Of a stretch of DNA of 64,000 nt, positions 59,502 through 64,000 are shown piece by piece (position 1 is the first letter of the stretch; each line of letters begins with the position of its first letter). The notes beneath the pieces are model-generated. The model had not been told where the DNA came from, searched no databases, and saw only the letters and a program-made list of their open reading frames with translations. Both the position numbers and the translations under genes were made by a program. Source of the DNA: an uncultured Arcobacter sp. GTDB lineage: Bacteria > Campylobacterota > Campylobacteria > Campylobacterales > Arcobacteraceae. The stretch lies in contig OZ223300.1 of NCBI GenBank assembly GCA_965140705.1, forward strand, positions 1,728,001 to 1,792,000, read 5' to 3'.

Positions 59502-59975
59502 TTATACCTTTTTATCTTCTAATTCAATATAATTTAATAAAATTTCAAAATTTCTTTCTATATTTTTAAAAACTTTTACTAATAAAACAGGAGTATGAGA
59601 AAGCTTTTTACTTAAATCTTCTTTTCTAGCACTATCATCTCTTATATCTATTTCTCCATTTGTTAAAACAATATCATATTTTCTTTTTCCATCTGTAAAA
59701 CAAATACTAAAAGGGATATAATAATCATCTTCATCATCACAATACCAACTAGGATCTCTTCTTAAAAAAACATAAGGCAAATCCCCATCAATTTGACAAT
59801 GCAATAGCTTGTTTTTATTAAAAACTATTTTCCTCATATTTGTTATATTTATAATAGATTTTTTTAATCTTTTTTGTACTCTTTTATATAATATTCTCCA
59901 AAGAAATGAATTTATTCTTTTTGAAGCATCAAGATGTCCTAAATTATCTTCATCCATATAATAAATATTTGTCAT
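59502..59975 (-). CDS. Hypothetical protein
   Basis: 157-aa ORF starting 9 bp after lpxK; no recognised motif. Confidence 0.7.
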   Translation of the reverse strand: MTNIYYMDEDNLGHLDASKRINSFLWRILYKRVQKRLKKSIINITNMRKIVFNKNKLLHCQIDGDLPYVFLRRDPSWYCDDEDDYYIPFSICFTDGKRKYDIVLTNGEIDIRDDSARKEDLSKKLSHTPVLLVKVFKNIERNFEILLNYIELEDKKV

Positions 59976-59984
59976 TTATACTTT

Positions 59985-60932
59985 TTACCCCTTAATATAG
60001 TTTTCTAAATTTGAAAAATCAATATCAGCACTAAATTCGATTTCTAAATCCATCAAAATCAAATTCTTTATATGAAATTTTTCTAATTTTACAAAATCTT
60101 TTGCAGTAGTTAATATAGTAAAATCTTTATAAGATTTTTCAACTACTTCAATATCAACTTTTGTAAAATTGTAATGATCAGGGAAAGAGACTAATTCACA
60201 AGATGAGGGAACAAAGTCTAAAAGTCTTTTTGCCTTTGAAATTGCTGTTAAAATAACTATTTTGGAAGGTAGTTTTTCTAATTCCTTATCTTCTTTTTTA
60301 AATTTTACAACTCTTTTAAAATCAACACTCTCTTTTAAAACCATATTAGCAGTTGCATACATCATTTTAGCTTCTCTATAACCACCACTTGGCAGACAAA
60401 ATATATTTTCAGGCTCTTTATAAGGTCTTAATAATATATCAAATTTATTTATGTGATATTTTGAAAAACCATCATCTAAAAAAACTAGTTTGCAGCCAAG
60501 CTCTTTTGCTTTTAAGATGGCTTTTACTCTATCTTCACTAACTATTACTGAGGCCTTTGGTAAAGAAGTTGCTAAAAGCATAGCTTCATCGCCACTTACA
60601 CTTACATCTTCTAAAATTTTTCCATTCTGACTTATTACATAAAGTCCTTGAGATTTTCTTCCATACCCTCTTAATATAACTGCTATATCTTCTTTATCTT
60701 TTGCAAGTGCAATTGTTATGGGAGTTTTTCCACTTCCACCTACTACTATATTTCCAATTGAAATAATTGGTATATCAAAATCTAATTTTCGAGAAGATGA
60801 CATACGCTTAAAAGCTATAATTATCATATAAATTAAAGTAAATGGAATAAGTAAAAAAGAGATGATTTTTTGAAAAGGTGTTGGAAAGAAGAGATACTCT
60901 TCTATCCAAATATTAAATTTTTGTTTTAACAA
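59985..60932 (-). CDS. lpxK: Tetraacyldisaccharide 4'-kinase
   Basis: IGNIVVGGSGKTP, LRGYGR, GDEA, LDDGF, FPDHY, TTAKD. Confidence 0.95.
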   Translation of the reverse strand: MLKQKFNIWIEEYLFFPTPFQKIISFLLIPFTLIYMIIIAFKRMSSSRKLDFDIPIISIGNIVVGGSGKTPITIALAKDKEDIAVILRGYGRKSQGLYVISQNGKILEDVSVSGDEAMLLATSLPKASVIVSEDRVKAILKAKELGCKLVFLDDGFSKYHINKFDILLRPYKEPENIFCLPSGGYREAKMMYATANMVLKESVDFKRVVKFKKEDKELEKLPSKIVILTAISKAKRLLDFVPSSCELVSFPDHYNFTKVDIEVVEKSYKDFTILTTAKDFVKLEKFHIKNLILMDLEIEFSADIDFSNLENYIKG

Positions 60933-60935
60933 CTA

Positions 60936-62072
60936 TTAAATCCAAGAAGAAGCTATATCAATGATTTGATCACAGATATAATTTACCTCTTCATTTGTAA
61001 GTCCTGGATAAATAGGAATAGATAAAATTTGTTGATAAGATGTTAAAGCACTCCCATAAGTAGTGATTTTAATATTATATTTTTGTTTATAATAATTTAA
61101 AAGATGTAAAGGAATATAATTTAATCCTGTATTAATACCTCTCTCTTTTAACTCTCTTGCAAAAGCATCTCTATTTCTTGAGATTTTAATGATATAGTGA
61201 GTAAAGATATGTTCTTCTTTTTGTTTAGGTATCTCTATATGTTTTACACCTGTAAGTCTCTCTTTATAAATTTTTGCAATCTCTTTTCTTCTTTTTATAA
61301 AACTATTTGTTTTTTTTAGTTGCGCCAAAGAAAATGCTGCATCTAATTCACTTAAGTCATATTTATGTCCAATATCAACAACATCATAAATATAATCTAA
61401 ATTTCCATAATCATCATATGTAGTTGTAACAGCATGAGTTCTAAGTAATTTAGCACGAGATGCTAATTCTTCATCATTTGTAACAATAACTCCACTATTA
61501 CTTACATCTGTTTTACCATTTGATGGATTTGTTGAGAAAACTGTCATATCTGCATTTAAAGAACCAACTGTTTCATCATTGTATGTAACTCCAAGAGCTG
61601 AAGTACAATCTTCTATTAATATTATTTCATATTTTTTACATATAGCATATAATCTATCTAGATCAGGAGTTTGCCCTGCAACAAAAGAGATAATAGCACC
61701 TCTTAGTTTTTTAGAATTATTTTCTTCCAATGCTTTTTCAAACTTATTTAAATCAATATTCATATCATCAATATTTATATCAATAAAAATAGGTTCTGCA
61801 TCAAAGTGTCTTACAACTTCTGGTACATTTACAAAAGAGTTTACAGACATTAATATTTTGTCTCCTCTTTTTAACTTAATTGCACTAAGAGCTAGATGTA
61901 AGGCAGAAGTTCCATTACACGTAGAAATAGCATACTTTGCACCAATAAATTTAGCCATATTCTCTTCAAATTCAAGTACTTTTGAACTATCCTTTTTAAG
62001 TTCTAAAACTGATTTCAACTGTGCTAGTTCTTCTTCTCCAACCGATGATTTATAAAACGCTATTTCTTTCAT
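60936..62072 (-). CDS. DegT/DnrJ/EryC1/StrS-family aminotransferase-like protein
   Basis: NGTSALHLAL, LIED, LSIPIYP; the PLP-lysine motif is atypical. Confidence 0.88.
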   Translation of the reverse strand: MKEIAFYKSSVGEEELAQLKSVLELKKDSSKVLEFEENMAKFIGAKYAISTCNGTSALHLALSAIKLKRGDKILMSVNSFVNVPEVVRHFDAEPIFIDINIDDMNIDLNKFEKALEENNSKKLRGAIISFVAGQTPDLDRLYAICKKYEIILIEDCTSALGVTYNDETVGSLNADMTVFSTNPSNGKTDVSNSGVIVTNDEELASRAKLLRTHAVTTTYDDYGNLDYIYDVVDIGHKYDLSELDAAFSLAQLKKTNSFIKRRKEIAKIYKERLTGVKHIEIPKQKEEHIFTHYIIKISRNRDAFARELKERGINTGLNYIPLHLLNYYKQKYNIKITTYGSALTSYQQILSIPIYPGLTNEEVNYICDQIIDIASSWI

Positions 62073-62073
62073 A

Positions 62074-62832
62074 TTAACTCCATTTAATTTTTGCTATTGT
62101 AGGAAGCTTACCTTTGAATGCATTAGCTTTCATTCTATAAGTAATCATATCAATGAGTTCTTTATCACCACCATTTTTTATTAACTCATCAGATGAAATT
62201 CCTTCATCAACTAATTTTTTAAGTACTTCATCCATTTGTTTATATGAGTACCCAAGTTCATCTTCATCACTTTGACCTTCCCATAAATCAGCACTTGGTC
62301 TTTTTTCTAAAATAGATTCAGGTACTCCTAAAAATTTACCAAATTCATATTCATCACTTTTGTACATTTCACCTATTGGATTAATAGCGCATGCAACATC
62401 TCCATAAATAGTTCCATACCCTAAAAGTATTTCACTTTTATTTGAAGTACCAACAACTAAAGATTTGTCCCTAGCACTTACATCATATAAAACTGACATT
62501 CTCATTCTTGCACTAAAGTTACCAATTCTTAGTTTATCACCATCCATAAATTTTTCATGGGCTTCAACCATAGGAGCAATTTCTACGATTTCATAAGCAA
62601 TATCAAACTTTTTACAAACTTCAAGTGCATGTTTTATACTTCCATCACTTGAATAGTGTGATGGCATAAGTACACAGCTCATATTTGACCCAAAAGCTTC
62701 CTTACAAAGAATAGCAACAATCGCTGAATCTAAACCACCAGATAAACCAACAGTTACTCTTTCTAAACCAGCTTTGTTTACTTCATCTTTTAGAAATATT
62801 ATTAATTGTTCTTTTATATTCTTCCATTCCAT
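62074..62832 (-). CDS. nadE: NH3-dependent NAD+ synthetase
   Basis: GLSGGLDS, ARMRM, GTSNKSE, PSADLW. Confidence 0.96.
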   Translation of the reverse strand: MEWKNIKEQLIIFLKDEVNKAGLERVTVGLSGGLDSAIVAILCKEAFGSNMSCVLMPSHYSSDGSIKHALEVCKKFDIAYEIVEIAPMVEAHEKFMDGDKLRIGNFSARMRMSVLYDVSARDKSLVVGTSNKSEILLGYGTIYGDVACAINPIGEMYKSDEYEFGKFLGVPESILEKRPSADLWEGQSDEDELGYSYKQMDEVLKKLVDEGISSDELIKNGGDKELIDMITYRMKANAFKGKLPTIAKIKWS

Positions 62833-62852
62833 AATTATTATCCTTTAATAAA

Positions 62853-63068
62853 TTATATCTCATTTATTTTTGTTTTTTCATAAATTTGTTCAAGAAAATC
62901 CTTATTATTTTCCCTAAAGTTCTCTTTTTTACTTAATAAATTCTCTTTTATGTCATATAACTCTTCCAAATCAAAATAATCCAAAAACTTTGGATTAATA
63001 TCAATTTTTTCTCCAGTAGAAGAGATGAGTGTTTTTATTTCATCTATTACATACTCTTTTTCTTCCAT
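62853..63068 (-). CDS. Small hypothetical protein (71 aa)
   Basis: Start codon overlaps the upstream stop; acidic. Confidence 0.75.
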   Translation of the reverse strand: MEEKEYVIDEIKTLISSTGEKIDINPKFLDYFDLEELYDIKENLLSKKENFRENNKDFLEQIYEKTKINEI

Positions 63069-63301
63069 TAACTTACTTTCACAAACTTATCTAATATTGT
63101 AGTTAAATACAATTCCATTTTTTCTTCTCCAAAATCTTTTTCCTTACTTACACAACAACCACAACAAGTTCCTGCATCCGTTAGTTCACCTATTTTTTCA
63201 ATTGTATTAGCATTTTTTTCTTTAATGGCATACAAAATTTCTCCAAGTGTTACGTGCTTGCATTTACACACTTCGTAGGAATGATGGAAACTTTTAGCCA
63301 T
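63068..63301 (-). CDS. BFD-like [2Fe-2S] protein
   Basis: VCKCKHVT...AGTCCGCC. Confidence 0.88.
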   Translation of the reverse strand: MAKSFHHSYEVCKCKHVTLGEILYAIKEKNANTIEKIGELTDAGTCCGCCVSKEKDFGEEKMELYLTTILDKFVKVS

Positions 63302-63524
63302 TTAAAAACTCTCCTAATACATCTTTACAATAAATCTTTTTTTTAACTTTTCCAAAATCGGCTTCATTCATTAGGCAATTTCTACATTCAGTCCCTGCCC
63401 TAGTCTTTTCTTGTAAATCTCTCAGAGTTTTTACACTATCATTTGTAATTGAAGTTTTTATATCACTAATTGTAACTTTAATACAATTACAAACTTCATA
63501 ATTCTTATCAAAATTTTCTAACAA
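63294..63524 (-). CDS. BFD-like [2Fe-2S] protein
   Basis: VCNCIKVT...AGTECRNC. Confidence 0.85.
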   Translation of the reverse strand: MLENFDKNYEVCNCIKVTISDIKTSITNDSVKTLRDLQEKTRAGTECRNCLMNEADFGKVKKKIYCKDVLGEFLNG

Positions 63525-63998
63525 TTATATATTCCTACTTTTTTTGATCAGTTCATATGCTTCATTTATCTCTTGTAATTTTTTAGTTGCTTCATCAATA
63601 ATACTCTGACTAGCCCCTTGTCCTGAAATAATATCAGGGTGATGTTTTTTTACCAATTTTCTGTAATTGTTTTTTATGGTTCTATCATCATCTTCTTTTT
63701 TTGATTCTAACACTATATAAGCTTGTTCAAGTGTTGTTGCTTGATTTTGAGCTTGTGAAGCATAAAAGTTTTTAAATGCAGTAATCATATGATCAAAATC
63801 ATTAGTTTTTATTTGTAAAGCATTTGATATATCTTCACAAATCATTCTCTCTGCATCACTAAAAGTTTTATCAATAAAAGCAAGATTTAATAGATATTCT
63901 AAAATTTTGAGTCTTTTTTGGTAGTCACTTTTTGTCAGTTTAAAAAGTTTTTCCGAAAGTTCTATTGTATTTTCAAAACTTTTTTTCTCTTCATTATA
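63525..63998 (-). CDS. djlA: DjlA-like co-chaperone (TerB-like plus J domain), 5'-truncated by the window
   Basis: The frame is open to the window edge (…LLNLAFIDKTFSDAER…); J domain YRKLVKKHHPD...INEAYELIK. Confidence 0.85.
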   Translation of the reverse strand, partial: YNEEKKSFENTIELSEKLFKLTKSDYQKRLKILEYLLNLAFIDKTFSDAERMICEDISNALQIKTNDFDHMITAFKNFYASQAQNQATTLEQAYIVLESKKEDDDRTIKNNYRKLVKKHHPDIISGQGASQSIIDEATKKLQEINEAYELIKKSRNI

Positions 63999-64000
63999 TA

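Noticed and set aside
1015..62055. Short alternative-frame and antisense ORFs in the track (e.g. 1015-1245, 9217-9612, 33083-33487, 34094-34435, 55694-56032, 61579-62055)
   Set aside because: They lie within or opposite well-supported genes and have no recognisable motifs; they are shadow ORFs.
1..64000. tRNA/rRNA genes, IS elements, prophage genes and phase-variable poly-G/C tracts
   Set aside because: None seen by eye; A/T runs of 8-9 nt are expected at this base composition.

Overview
AT-rich chromosomal window from a Campylobacterota bacterium, most likely Arcobacteraceae; this is inferred from the gene content (UPF0323 lipoprotein with a GspS-like gene, nadE-DegT-lpxK, many OmpR-type regulators). 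I saw no rRNA, tRNA, CRISPR array or mobile element. Main blocks: (1) 1-16.4 kb: two-component system, diguanylate cyclase, and a type I secretion operon (TolC, OmpA-like protein, ABC transporter, HlyD, REC-only protein) ending in a 1883-aa adhesin. (2) 16.5-30 kb: housekeeping, transport and chemotaxis genes. (3) 30.1-44.0 kb: corrinoid uptake and cobamide-completion cluster (btuBFDC, cobB, cbiB, cobD, bluB, an APH/ThrB-type kinase, cobT, MarC, cobU, cobQ, cobS, a Cys-rich protein). (4) 44-49 kb: HAD, PhnO-like GNAT, rsuA, exbBD-tonB and a DccRS-like two-component system. (5) 49-64 kb: core genes. The strongest unannotated signals are: a candidate ~90-nt sRNA (44040-44130, minus strand) with an anti-Shine-Dalgarno loop, whose promoter shares a TTAACA-N5-TTAACA box with exbBD-tonB; a btuB leader that holds a 62-aa ORF overprinted on a partial cobalamin-riboswitch skeleton; a candidate non-orthologous L-threonine kinase in the B12 operon; and a shared TGATAC-N5-TGATAC box in front of both the cyclase and the T1SS operon. 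All functional calls come from reading motifs by eye; no searches were run.
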